A DNA stretch of 58,284 nt, taken from NCBI GenBank assembly GCA_045530935.1, contig JAZSDC010000031.1, forward strand, positions 1 to 58,284, read 5' to 3'. How positions within the stretch are numbered: the first letter of the stretch is position 1; each line of letters starts with the position of its first letter. Origin of the DNA: Candidatus Enterousia sp. (GTDB lineage: Bacteria > Pseudomonadota > Alphaproteobacteria > Rs-D84). The position numbers were made by a program, and so were the translations under genes. The notes below the pieces were generated by a model. It had not been told where the DNA came from. It was given only the letters and a program-made list of their open reading frames with translations, and did no database searches. Of this stretch, positions 49,860 to 58,284 are shown one piece after another.

Positions 49860-50486
49860 CTACTTCAATGGTGGAAAACAATCATCGCCAACCTTTGCAC
49901 AACAGGCAAACTCGCCATTCCCCAAGTCTTTAAAGTACTCTTCTTCGCAACATCCAAATCTATTTGGTTTTTCACCACTTGGGCACAAACCCGCATCTAA
50001 ATTTGCAATTTCTTCAGCCAGAATTTTTTCCCAATCAATCTCTTCATCTGGATCAGCCAATGGCGCAACCAAGTCAACAGCATCTAATTCTATACCCTCA
50101 GCCAGGTCTATATTTTCATCCAACAATTCTTCATCTGTATATTCTCTTTCTGGTTCATCCAAGACCTTTCTTGCTTCTGGATCACTGAAAATTTCTTCAT
50201 CAGTCAAGATATCTTCATCCTCTTCTGGCGCTACATCCTTTATAACAACGCGCGTGTCCGCAGACGTTTTACGTTTAGACGCGCTTTTCGAACAACTTTT
50301 TCTGTACGATGCCTTTAACTTTGTTAACGCATCTACTGTCTGGGCATCAGGATTTTCATTTGCCGACAATTCAGAAATTTTCGCTTGAATTTCCGAACAG
50401 GTCATGCGTACAGACACAGACTTTTCATCTTCTGCAAACGCAGCGCCAGAAAAAACAATCGCCGTTATTAACACTAAGAATTTCAT
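49860..50486 (-). CDS. Secreted acidic protein with the same 6-Cys C-terminal domain
   Basis: Signal peptide MKFLVLITAIVFSGAAFA; acidic linker; CPSGEKPNRFGCC...FACC...CFPPLK. Confidence 0.78.
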   Translation of the reverse strand: MKFLVLITAIVFSGAAFAEDEKSVSVRMTCSEIQAKISELSANENPDAQTVDALTKLKASYRKSCSKSASKRKTSADTRVVIKDVAPEEDEDILTDEEIFSDPEARKVLDEPEREYTDEELLDENIDLAEGIELDAVDLVAPLADPDEEIDWEKILAEEIANLDAGLCPSGEKPNRFGCCEEEYFKDLGNGEFACCAKVGDDCFPPLK

Positions 50487-50499
50487 TTTTTCTTTCCTA

Positions 50500-51279
50500 T
50501 TATTCGTTAACAATCTTTTCTACCTGGTGGAAAAAATCGATTGTCGGGTTTATCAGTTTTTTTGCTGCCTCGCCTGCAACATCGATAATTTCTTCTGCTT
50601 TTACTTGCATATTTATACGCTTATACGTCTCTGCAACCTCATTAGCTTCTTCGTGGTCAAATTCATCATCTCTTAACGCACGTGCAATTTCCAATTCCTG
50701 TTTTGCCAAATCTACATATCTCTGTTGATTTTCTGGACATCCGCGTTCCGCCAAAATTGCATACGTCCTTGCACGTTCTATTCTGTCATATGAATCCAAT
50801 CTTGCAGAATCTGCTTCCAACCTATACAACAAAGATTTTTCAACATGCATACAAGCCGGCTTTATATCATAAGATACTTCATCCATATAGAAAGAAATTT
50901 CATTTTCTGAAACCAATGCTTCCAAGATCTGTCTTTCACGCACCAACAAATTACTATACTCCTGTTGATTTTCTGGACACCCAACTTCTATCAACCGTTG
51001 ATATATAGACATGTTGTCTGCATGATCCCGGGCACTCTGCGAATTCTCATCAGCTAAACGCTCTGATAACAATTCTTCAATCAGAACACACGTCGGCTTT
51101 GATTCCGCATCTGTAATTTTTTTCTGTTCTGGGGTCGCTGCATTTTCCAGTTTTACCTTGTTTTGAACAAATGTTCCCCCGGCCATAATTCCGCACACAA
51201 AAACACCAACAAAACCCAACACCCCAAACAAACGATGTTTAGAATTAGTATTTGACCTAATTTCTTTTATTTTTTTCAT
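50500..51279 (-). CDS. Membrane-anchored protein with a duplicated KPxC...GCPENQQ helical repeat
   Basis: GGGGAG SD; one TM segment; two internal repeats of about 75 aa. Confidence 0.78.
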   Translation of the reverse strand: MKKIKEIRSNTNSKHRLFGVLGFVGVFVCGIMAGGTFVQNKVKLENAATPEQKKITDAESKPTCVLIEELLSERLADENSQSARDHADNMSIYQRLIEVGCPENQQEYSNLLVRERQILEALVSENEISFYMDEVSYDIKPACMHVEKSLLYRLEADSARLDSYDRIERARTYAILAERGCPENQQRYVDLAKQELEIARALRDDEFDHEEANEVAETYKRINMQVKAEEIIDVAGEAAKKLINPTIDFFHQVEKIVNE

Positions 51280-51315
51280 GATAACTCCCCCCTTATTTTG
51301 TTCTACTTTGATGCA

Positions 51316-52026
51316 TTATATCACAAAACCTGCATCAATTGTAATCTTTTTATCTGCTCTTGATGCTAAATTCATATCGTGCGTAACAAACAACATTGCC
51401 ATTTTATTTTTTCGTACCAAATCCAACAATAAATCAAAGACCACCATTGCATGCTGTGGGTCCAGACTGCCGGTTGGTTCATCCGCCAATAAAATATCTG
51501 GATTATTTGCCAATGCCCGCGCAACCGCCACACGCTGCTGTTCTCCCCCCGACATTTCACCAGGCAAATGAGATACCCGATGTCCAACATTTGCAGACTT
51601 TAACAGTTTAATTGCACGTGCACGTGCGACATCTTCATCCATACCATTCGCCAGCATCGGCAACATCACATTTTCCAACGCCGTAAAATCCGACAGCAAA
51701 TTATGCCGCTGATATACAAATCCAATTTTATTTCTGCGGATTTGCGTACGCATATCTTCATCCATTTTTTGCACTGCGGCGCCATTAATAAGAATACTGC
51801 CAGAACTAGGCTTATCTAACAACCCCACACATTGCAACAAAGTCGACTTACCAGACCCCGACTGACCGACCATTGCGATAATTTCCCCCCGATGCAAATC
51901 AAAACCGCCCCCCCGCAGAATATGCTACGGCTGCCCCCCTTCGACAAAGGTCTTTTTAATATCACGCACGGACATAACAACATCACCCGCATGCACTTTT
52001 GACAAAGAATTCAATATATTCGCCAT
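51316..52026 (-). pseudogene. lolD: LolD lipoprotein-release ABC ATPase interrupted by an in-frame TAG (51925-51927); may be a sequence error
   Basis: From ATG 52026: MANILNSLSKVHAGDVVMSVRDIKKTFVEGGQP*HILRGGGFDLHRGEIIAMVGQSGSGKST... with GFVYQRHNLL, SGGEQQR, ADEPTGSLD; directly downstream of lolE. Confidence 0.8.
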
Positions 52027-52038
52027 CTAAAATTTCCT

Positions 52039-53292
52039 TTATTCCCCACGCAACACCTCAACCGGGTCTGTGTTTGCAGCCTTCCACGCAGGATACAATG
52101 TTGCTAAAAACGCCAATAATACTGCAATTAACGCAATTCCAAAAACATCTGTCCAAACCAATTTTGATGGCAGTTCCGACAAATAATATAATTCTGCTGG
52201 GAATAAATCACGTCCCGTCATCCATTGGAAAAACTGCCTGATTGGTTCTACATAAATCGCAATTATCACCCCCAGTATTGTACCAACAAACGCCCCAATT
52301 ATCCCAATTGATGTTCCCGACAGAATAAATATCTTCATCATAGATTTACGCGACACCCCAAAAGTGCGCAAAACCGCAATATCCTTGTTCTTATCTTTGA
52401 CCAACATAACCAAACTGGACACAATATTAAACGCCGCCACAATCACAATCAGCATCAAGATTAAAAACATCACATTTGATTCCACCTGCAATGCACCAAC
52501 AAACCCACGATTTAAATCACGCCAGTCACGCACCACAAACCCATCAGGCAACAAACGCACCAGACTTTCCAACACCTGGGTTGTATCTTCTGGATTGCGC
52601 AAGAACAAATCAATATGCGTTACCGCATTGCCAATATTCAAATACTTTTGCGCTGTTTCTAACGACATAAATACATAGCCTGAATCATATTCATACATTC
52701 CCATAAAGAACGAAGATTTTACCGGATACGACATAATTCGTGGCATTGAACCAAATGGGGTTGGTGTTGCATTATTTGCTGAAACCAACGAAATATTATC
52801 CCCCATAGTAACCTTTAACGCACGTGTAAGCGATGCCCCTGCAACCAATTCGCCATCTGCAATTTCTGTCAGTGGTTTACCATATACACGCGTTCCTGTT
52901 TGGGTTTTGGAAATTAAATCTGACATTCTGATACCACGTATCATGGCGCCTGTATTATTACCATTGGCTGTTGCCATAACTTGTCCTTCGGCAATTGGCA
53001 CAATAGAGGTAACCTGGGTTGACACCGCGCGATTTTGTTTCATTTTATCAATCAAGAAATCAAAATCAGAAATCGCACCATCTTGATGATAAACAACCAC
53101 ATGGCCATTCATTCCCACAATACGCCCCAACAATGTATCATGAAACCCGCCCATAACTGACATAACTACAATCAGGGTTGCAACCCCCAACATAATACCA
53201 ATCAACGACACCCATGAAATCACAGAACCAAATCCACGCTTTTTTGCGCCCAGGTACCTAAAAGCAATCTTTCGTTCCAGCCTTGAAAACAT
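52039..53292 (-). CDS. lolE: LolC/E-family lipoprotein-release permease
   Basis: IAFRYL, LGVATLIVVMSVMGGF, IVAAFNIVSSL.MLVKDK..DIAVLRT, TLYPAWKA...PVEVLR. Confidence 0.93.
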   Translation of the reverse strand: MFSRLERKIAFRYLGAKKRGFGSVISWVSLIGIMLGVATLIVVMSVMGGFHDTLLGRIVGMNGHVVVYHQDGAISDFDFLIDKMKQNRAVSTQVTSIVPIAEGQVMATANGNNTGAMIRGIRMSDLISKTQTGTRVYGKPLTEIADGELVAGASLTRALKVTMGDNISLVSANNATPTPFGSMPRIMSYPVKSSFFMGMYEYDSGYVFMSLETAQKYLNIGNAVTHIDLFLRNPEDTTQVLESLVRLLPDGFVVRDWRDLNRGFVGALQVESNVMFLILMLIVIVAAFNIVSSLVMLVKDKNKDIAVLRTFGVSRKSMMKIFILSGTSIGIIGAFVGTILGVIIAIYVEPIRQFFQWMTGRDLFPAELYYLSELPSKLVWTDVFGIALIAVLLAFLATLYPAWKAANTDPVEVLRGE

Positions 53293-53304
53293 ATCTACAA
53301 ATCC

Positions 53305-54633
53305 TTAATCATTTAAAAAATCACGTAATGCATCACCAATCAATTCATCTGCATCCGCCATATCACCCGCGCCATCAACCACCGAAACCACACGTGGCGA
53401 CATAAATACCACCAATTCTGCATATGGCGAAATTAATGTTTCAGGCGTTGTAACAAATGAATGTGTTGGGATTCCGACAATCACATAATTATCCCCAACC
53501 GTAGACGGGATTTCAAAAGAACTAAGTTCCCCCTGCCCTGTACGCAAAACTATCTTTGCATCAATTTTTTTACGTCCTGCAAAATCACCATATTTACCAG
53601 TTGCGCCAACAATCAAATCAGTTTCCAGTCTTTCTTCGCGTCCACATTGCCCAATATCAAATCTAGACTGCCACCCATCTGGGATTGCAAATGTACCCTG
53701 TGAAACCAGCACAACATTCGCCTGTTGCGCCAAGAATTCTTGTAGTGTTTTTGTGTTAATTTCTGGTCCAACAACCAACGCACGACCAACCACCCCCGGG
53801 ATAGACATTTTCACATTTCTTTCCCCAAAAGCCGGCAACAAATTCATCCAGACAATCGGATTATCCGTACGCGGATAAACACGATACACATCAATATCCC
53901 ACGCAATCATATATTTTTTCGAAGATATATCTGCAATTATACGTGCGACTTCACGTTCTGTCTGATAATTACCTTCGAATACAACTGTTTTATCCGCCCA
54001 ATCAACCAACAAATTACGCATATCCACACCATGCATTGCATCCAACAGCGCCATAATAATAGTCTGATTTTGCGGCATTTTTATCAACCACTTTGAACGA
54101 TGTTTTAAATGAATCTCTCCGGTGTGTTCATCATAATAATAGTACGCCCGTCCAATTTTTGTCATCAAATCAACTGCATCAACCAGGTTTCCTGCCGCAA
54201 TTGTTCCAGATATTTTTTCGTACAACGGCTCATCTTCAACAACATCTATATCTAACCCTTCCAACAATTTATCTAGCGCCTGTTTTACAGTCAAGTTTTT
54301 AAATTCATAATCCGAAACTGGCAAACTAGGCAATTTATCCCCTGTTACCAACTGAACCATTTCTATTTTTTCCGCTGGCACCACCGAAACGACACTTTGA
54401 TTATCCCAATTTACCTTGCAACGCATTGGCAATTCTATTGAAAATCGCCGCGCCGTATCAGTTGTCAAAGCTGCCTTCTTTGGAAAAATAGGCACAGAAC
54501 GCGAATCAATAACCAATTCATCAACAACGGTCACATTATCGAATGCGGGTTGCTCTTTTACTTTATCCTTTACACACCCCAGCAACACTGCGACCATCCC
54601 CATTCCTGCAAAAAACTTTTTCACAATCTTCAT
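53305..54633 (-). CDS. Outer-membrane lipoprotein resembling a divergent PilN/BfpB/TcpC-type secretin
   Basis: AAGGAG SD; lipobox VLLGC; STN-like segment FKNLTVKQALDKLL; N3-like segment ending IAWDIDVYRV; C-terminal ELVVFMSPRVV (compare secretin ELxIxxTPxII). Confidence 0.55.
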   Translation of the reverse strand: MKIVKKFFAGMGMVAVLLGCVKDKVKEQPAFDNVTVVDELVIDSRSVPIFPKKAALTTDTARRFSIELPMRCKVNWDNQSVVSVVPAEKIEMVQLVTGDKLPSLPVSDYEFKNLTVKQALDKLLEGLDIDVVEDEPLYEKISGTIAAGNLVDAVDLMTKIGRAYYYYDEHTGEIHLKHRSKWLIKMPQNQTIIMALLDAMHGVDMRNLLVDWADKTVVFEGNYQTEREVARIIADISSKKYMIAWDIDVYRVYPRTDNPIVWMNLLPAFGERNVKMSIPGVVGRALVVGPEINTKTLQEFLAQQANVVLVSQGTFAIPDGWQSRFDIGQCGREERLETDLIVGATGKYGDFAGRKKIDAKIVLRTGQGELSSFEIPSTVGDNYVIVGIPTHSFVTTPETLISPYAELVVFMSPRVVSVVDGAGDMADADELIGDALRDFLND

Positions 54634-54662
54634 AATTCGCTTCTCCTTACCGACATATCATA

Positions 54663-54986
54663 CTAAATATTCATAAGTTTTTCAAATTCTTCTAGTGTCA
54701 TTTCATGTATTGGTTTTTGTGTTGGGGTTACATACCCTTTTAATTTTTGGAATTGTTGTTCCAGTCTTTCCATCACCCCCAAGATTTCTGGCGCCAGATT
54801 TTCACCACTTGCTTTTAATTGTTTACCATACTCAATCACATATTCCAGCACATCAGCCACATAGAAACGCCCGACATAGTTTTCCATTGCGATTCCACCT
54901 TTTTGGACGCAAATTGCAGACATTGTTGTCATTGTTTGATTATAGAAATTTATCAACTTAATAAAATTTTGCACACTTATGGCCAT
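54663..54986 (-). CDS. Hypothetical protein
   Basis: AAAGGA SD before ATG 54986; alternative start at 54887. Confidence 0.6.
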   Translation of the reverse strand: MAISVQNFIKLINFYNQTMTTMSAICVQKGGIAMENYVGRFYVADVLEYVIEYGKQLKASGENLAPEILGVMERLEQQFQKLKGYVTPTQKPIHEMTLEEFEKLMNI

Positions 54987-55060
54987 ATGTTTGTCCTTTC
55001 TCTCTTTTTTACATTATAAAAACTATTGCCCCAAAAAGGCAATTAAATTATAATAAATAC

Positions 55061-55447
55061 ATGAGAATAAAAATTTTACCCATTTTTTCAGTATTACTTA
55101 TAACGTCATGTGCATCTGTAAACCGCGGCAGCATTGATGATGCCACAATTTTGAACTGGGAAAACGAAGCGGTCACCACCGAACAATTCGTTCGCGATCA
55201 CAAGTCATGTTTAGGGATAACTCGTCCATCATATGAGCCACGTTCCAGAATATCGAAATTATTATCACCGAACCAGGCTGGCATTATGCCTGATTGGGAT
55301 GGATTATGGGTAACATTTCAATCCAACGAATACCAAGATGTTGGTCAACGTAACTTACTGTCTGTTCCCCGCAACACGACATCACGCACAATTGGCGCAT
55401 ATCGTCGTTGCATGTTTCGTCGCGGATATTTATTACGCGCAATGTAA
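55061..55447 (+). CDS. Hypothetical lipoprotein
   Basis: Lipobox ITSC; DHKSC and YRRCMFRRGY; promoter TTGCCC-17-TATAAT ending 6 nt before the ATG. Confidence 0.75.
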   Translation: MRIKILPIFSVLLITSCASVNRGSIDDATILNWENEAVTTEQFVRDHKSCLGITRPSYEPRSRISKLLSPNQAGIMPDWDGLWVTFQSNEYQDVGQRNLLSVPRNTTSRTIGAYRRCMFRRGYLLRAM

Positions 55448-55510
55448 TTATAAAAATCTTTTTTTCCGAACACTTTGCTATGCATAATTTTTTGTGATAT
55501 AATATCCGAC

Positions 55511-56191
55511 ATGAAGCGTTCGATATGGTTTTGGTTATGTTTTTCAATTGCCATTATTTTTGGCATTTATTTTTCGACGCGAATGATAATGACACATACA
55601 GGTTCTGGTCCGTTATCATATGTACACAACATATCCATTCGCACGGACACCCCTGGGCAAGATTTATCTTCGATTGCCGCTGTGGCATCACTGCCCCCCG
55701 GAACGCGCGCCCATTCTGTTGACCTGTCCCTTTTGTTACAGCGCGTATCAAACGTACCCGGTGTCAAAGAATGCGCAATCCGTCGCATGCCTAATGGCAG
55801 CATCAGCATTTACACAAAAATGCATCATGCTGTTGCAATGTGGACAGACGGTGAAAATTATTATCCATTATCTGCGGACGGCACTGTTGTAAACACCCCA
55901 ACAAACGCGCGCAGCATTGCGCACATTGTATTTCGTGGCACACTGCCTAATAACATATCCGACATCACACGCGCAGCGCATAACTTAATTGGTTTTATTG
56001 ATTACCTTGAATGGATTGAACAGCGTCGATGGAACATACACACCACAGGTGGCATAACGATATTATTACCAGAAGAAAACCCGACGGTTGCGATAAATAC
56101 ATTGGTAAATTTAAACACAAACCACAATATTTTAGGCAAAGAACTTACTGTCATAGACATGCGTGACAGTTCACGAATTTTAGTTAAATAA
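55511..56191 (+). CDS. ftsQ: Cell division protein FtsQ/DivIB
   Basis: One TM segment; POTRA-like DLSLLLQRVSNVPGVKECAIRRMPNGSISI; RRWNI; IDMRD; promoter TTGCTA-17-TATAAT ending 7 nt before ATG 55511. Confidence 0.85.
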   Translation: MKRSIWFWLCFSIAIIFGIYFSTRMIMTHTGSGPLSYVHNISIRTDTPGQDLSSIAAVASLPPGTRAHSVDLSLLLQRVSNVPGVKECAIRRMPNGSISIYTKMHHAVAMWTDGENYYPLSADGTVVNTPTNARSIAHIVFRGTLPNNISDITRAAHNLIGFIDYLEWIEQRRWNIHTTGGITILLPEENPTVAINTLVNLNTNHNILGKELTVIDMRDSSRILVK

Positions 56192-56194
56192 CAC

Positions 56195-57991
56195 ATGAAC
56201 CTGTTTGATTCATCTTTTCTGTGTCTGGACATTGGCACGTATGGTGTACGTGGCATTGCGCACCGCATACGCAACGCCCAAATTGACAGTTCTGCATTTT
56301 TCACAATTGACAGTTCTGACACCATATTTGCGATGAAATCTGTAATTGACGAACTGGAAAGACAGATTGGCGCACATTTTGATTCTGCATATATAACAGG
56401 GAACTTTGGTCAATCATCATTTACCATGACCGCAAAAAGCACGACATGGACCGGGGAACACAAAATCAGCACAACCGACATACACAACCAGATTTCACAA
56501 ATCACCCCATCTGATGAAAATTTTTCATCCGGCCACTATTTTCCGATGCATATTGTTCCGTTACGATATGACACCCCTACTGCACGCAATTTACTGTCCC
56601 CTGTTGGGCACATTGACCGCCAGTTGATATCCGCATTTGGTGCAATATTTTATTCACATCATGGCATTGATTGCATCAACGAAATTTTACGTGGCGCCCA
56701 TATCCAAGCCACTGCAATGTACGATCCACATTTTTTATTGAATGCCATTTATCGCCAGACCAATCAAACAACAATGTTCATTGACTTTGGCGCAGAATTT
56801 ACATCTGCATCGATTTGGACAAATCGCGGTCCTGTTTGGCACACAAAGATAAAACTTGGTGGCACCGACATAACCAACGCAATATCATCGACACTGAATC
56901 TGGACCCAGAATCTGCGGATCGGATAAAACGTACTGTTGCATCGATGGCACCGCGCGAAATGGATCGCTTTACCCCTGCGGACAGCGCATATGATTTTTC
57001 TCGTGGTGACGTTAATGACATAATATTACCGATATTGGTTGACATCATCGGACAAATCAAGGACCAATGTTTACAATCATTCACGAAACACCACCCGACA
57101 AAGATAATATTAACAGGTGGTGGCGCCGAAACAGATGGTCTGCGTGATTTCATAGAAAACGCATTTGCGGTTATAACCGAAACCATGCCAATTGGTGCAA
57201 CTGTTCGCGCCCTGTCTGATTATATATGGCAATCCGAAGAACCCCATCGCAAGAAATATCTTTCCAATCGCGAACGTTGGTCAAATCGGACAAAGTGGCT
57301 TCGTCGTATATTCAACCGCAAGCCTAAAAAAACAACAAAATTTATCCCAATATTACCCAGTACCCTGTGCTTTGACATGCGCGCCCCCAACACATACAGT
57401 CTGTTTAAATCGGGCGGCATATCAATGATACACGTTGACATAATGGATGGATTTTACGTTGACAGAATCGAAGGCAGCATTTCTGAAATCAAGACAATTC
57501 GCGCGAACACAAACGCACACCTGCACGTTCATTTAATGACCGAAAGTCCATCTGTCTGGGCCAGTGACGCAATATCCGCAGGTGCAGACACAATTATTTT
57601 ATCAACCAACACATCTGGTTTACGCAACGCAATCCGCATAATCAAAAACGCAGGCCGTCGCGTTGGAATTGCATTAAATCCTGAATCATCTGTATCACTG
57701 TTAAAATCGGTATTGCGCGATATTGATGAAGTCATGATAATGTCTGTTTCACCTGGGGCAGCAGGTCAAAGCTTTGAACCATCTGCGTTACACAAGATAT
57801 CTGTATTGGCAGCCACACGAAAAAAATATGGACTTCGTTTTTTAATATCTGTTGACGGTGGCATAAACGACAAAACCGCCCCACTGTGTTGGCAGGCAGG
57901 TGCAGATTTACTGGTATCTGGTTCGTACCTGGCACGATCTCCTGATTTTCCATTGGCTGTTCACAGTTTGCTAAAAAAAGACACACCATAA
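56195..57991 (+). CDS. Fusion of an FtsA-like actin-fold protein with ribulose-phosphate 3-epimerase (Rpe)
   Basis: N-terminal part: LDIGTYGVR, IDFGAEFT, LGGTDITNAIS..L...ADRIK, LTGGGA and an amphipathic RWSNRTKWLRRIF helix. C-terminal part from about 57338: ILPS, HVDIMDG, HVHLM, GIALNPES, MSVSPG..GQSF, VDGGI, GADLLVSGS. One uninterrupted frame. Confidence 0.88.
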   Translation: MNLFDSSFLCLDIGTYGVRGIAHRIRNAQIDSSAFFTIDSSDTIFAMKSVIDELERQIGAHFDSAYITGNFGQSSFTMTAKSTTWTGEHKISTTDIHNQISQITPSDENFSSGHYFPMHIVPLRYDTPTARNLLSPVGHIDRQLISAFGAIFYSHHGIDCINEILRGAHIQATAMYDPHFLLNAIYRQTNQTTMFIDFGAEFTSASIWTNRGPVWHTKIKLGGTDITNAISSTLNLDPESADRIKRTVASMAPREMDRFTPADSAYDFSRGDVNDIILPILVDIIGQIKDQCLQSFTKHHPTKIILTGGGAETDGLRDFIENAFAVITETMPIGATVRALSDYIWQSEEPHRKKYLSNRERWSNRTKWLRRIFNRKPKKTTKFIPILPSTLCFDMRAPNTYSLFKSGGISMIHVDIMDGFYVDRIEGSISEIKTIRANTNAHLHVHLMTESPSVWASDAISAGADTIILSTNTSGLRNAIRIIKNAGRRVGIALNPESSVSLLKSVLRDIDEVMIMSVSPGAAGQSFEPSALHKISVLAATRKKYGLRFLISVDGGINDKTAPLCWQAGADLLVSGSYLARSPDFPLAVHSLLKKDTP

Positions 57992-58008
57992 AAACATGGT
58001 GTGTTTTT
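57974..58008. terminator. Terminator after the ftsA::rpe fusion
   Basis: acacaccat-aaaaac-atggtgtgt followed by tttt. Confidence 0.75.
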
Positions 58009-58153
58009 GTAAACAAATTCGCCTGTTTAGTTTTTTTTAGGGATGTGGGCTTCCGGTTATAAAAGTCTATGACTTTTAAACAGCGACATGTTCACACAAA
58101 CATATTTACAAATACACAAAATATTATCAATCGGTATGATTTCCCAAACATTT

Positions 58154-58284
58154 TTACCGATATATATCAATTACAAAATCATCACCATATTCCGCAACGG
58201 TCTGACCATTTACAACACATTGATAGCCATCCATTCCAGACGATATTTGATTTTTACGAATTACTTTGTTTGCAATTACACCGC
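58154..58284 (-). CDS. C-terminus of a hypothetical protein entering from the right edge (5'-partial)
   Basis: Minus frame reads GVIANKVIRKNQISSGMDGYQCVVNGQTVAEYGDDFVIDIYR*. Confidence 0.6.
   Translation of the reverse strand, partial: GVIANKVIRKNQISSGMDGYQCVVNGQTVAEYGDDFVIDIYR

Noticed and set aside
51925-51927. Genome-wide TAG recoding or pyrrolysine
   Set aside because: TAG acts as a normal stop at 2230-2232 (right after a terminal barrel Phe) and at 49860-49862, and no other gene in the window is interrupted.
57320-57345. Programmed frameshift at the ftsA-rpe junction
   Set aside because: The A7 run does not form an in-phase X XXY YYZ heptamer, and I see no obvious stimulatory structure; it is kept only as a read-check site.
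58092-58151. Short minus-strand ORF MFGKSYRLIIFCVFVNMFV* as a pseudogene remnant
   Set aside because: It is too short and has no recoverable downstream frame, so it cannot be supported.

Overview
Chromosomal segment of an AT-rich Gram-negative bacterium, most likely an alphaproteobacterium. The addB, rsmI/LpoA-like and dciA-mltA/secB arrangements point that way, and the Cys-rich secreted orphans recall gut Rs-D84/'Enterousia'-type genomes; the lineage call is inference only. Most of the window is housekeeping (ruvC, mltA, secB, ftsK, secDF-yajC, mutL, greA, xerD, trxB, serS, typA, recA, xth, addB, engB, rsmI, yebC, ruvA, mnmE, lolE/D, ftsQ), with normally conserved operons broken up. It also has a six-gene surface-glycan island and two clusters of Cys-rich or beta-barrel exported orphans. 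Main observations: (1) an in-frame FtsA::ribulose-phosphate 3-epimerase fusion behind ftsQ, with no ftsZ following; (2) a tRNA-Gly/tRNA-Tyr locus followed by a structured tRNA-linked repeat and a perfect 66-bp direct repeat that bounds an integrase-free single-gene cassette; (3) non-canonical features in both tRNAs (Gly A73; Tyr C8, G21 and a C4-U69 mismatch); (4) a Ser-rich uORF before serS; (5) an S41/CtpA homologue lacking both catalytic residues; (6) an in-frame TAG in lolD; (7) a trypsin-like protease at the left edge that the ORF track missed; (8) a PilN/secretin-like lipoprotein co-oriented with lolE/D and proteins sharing uncharacterised Cys motifs. All calls come from reading motifs by eye; no database search was run.
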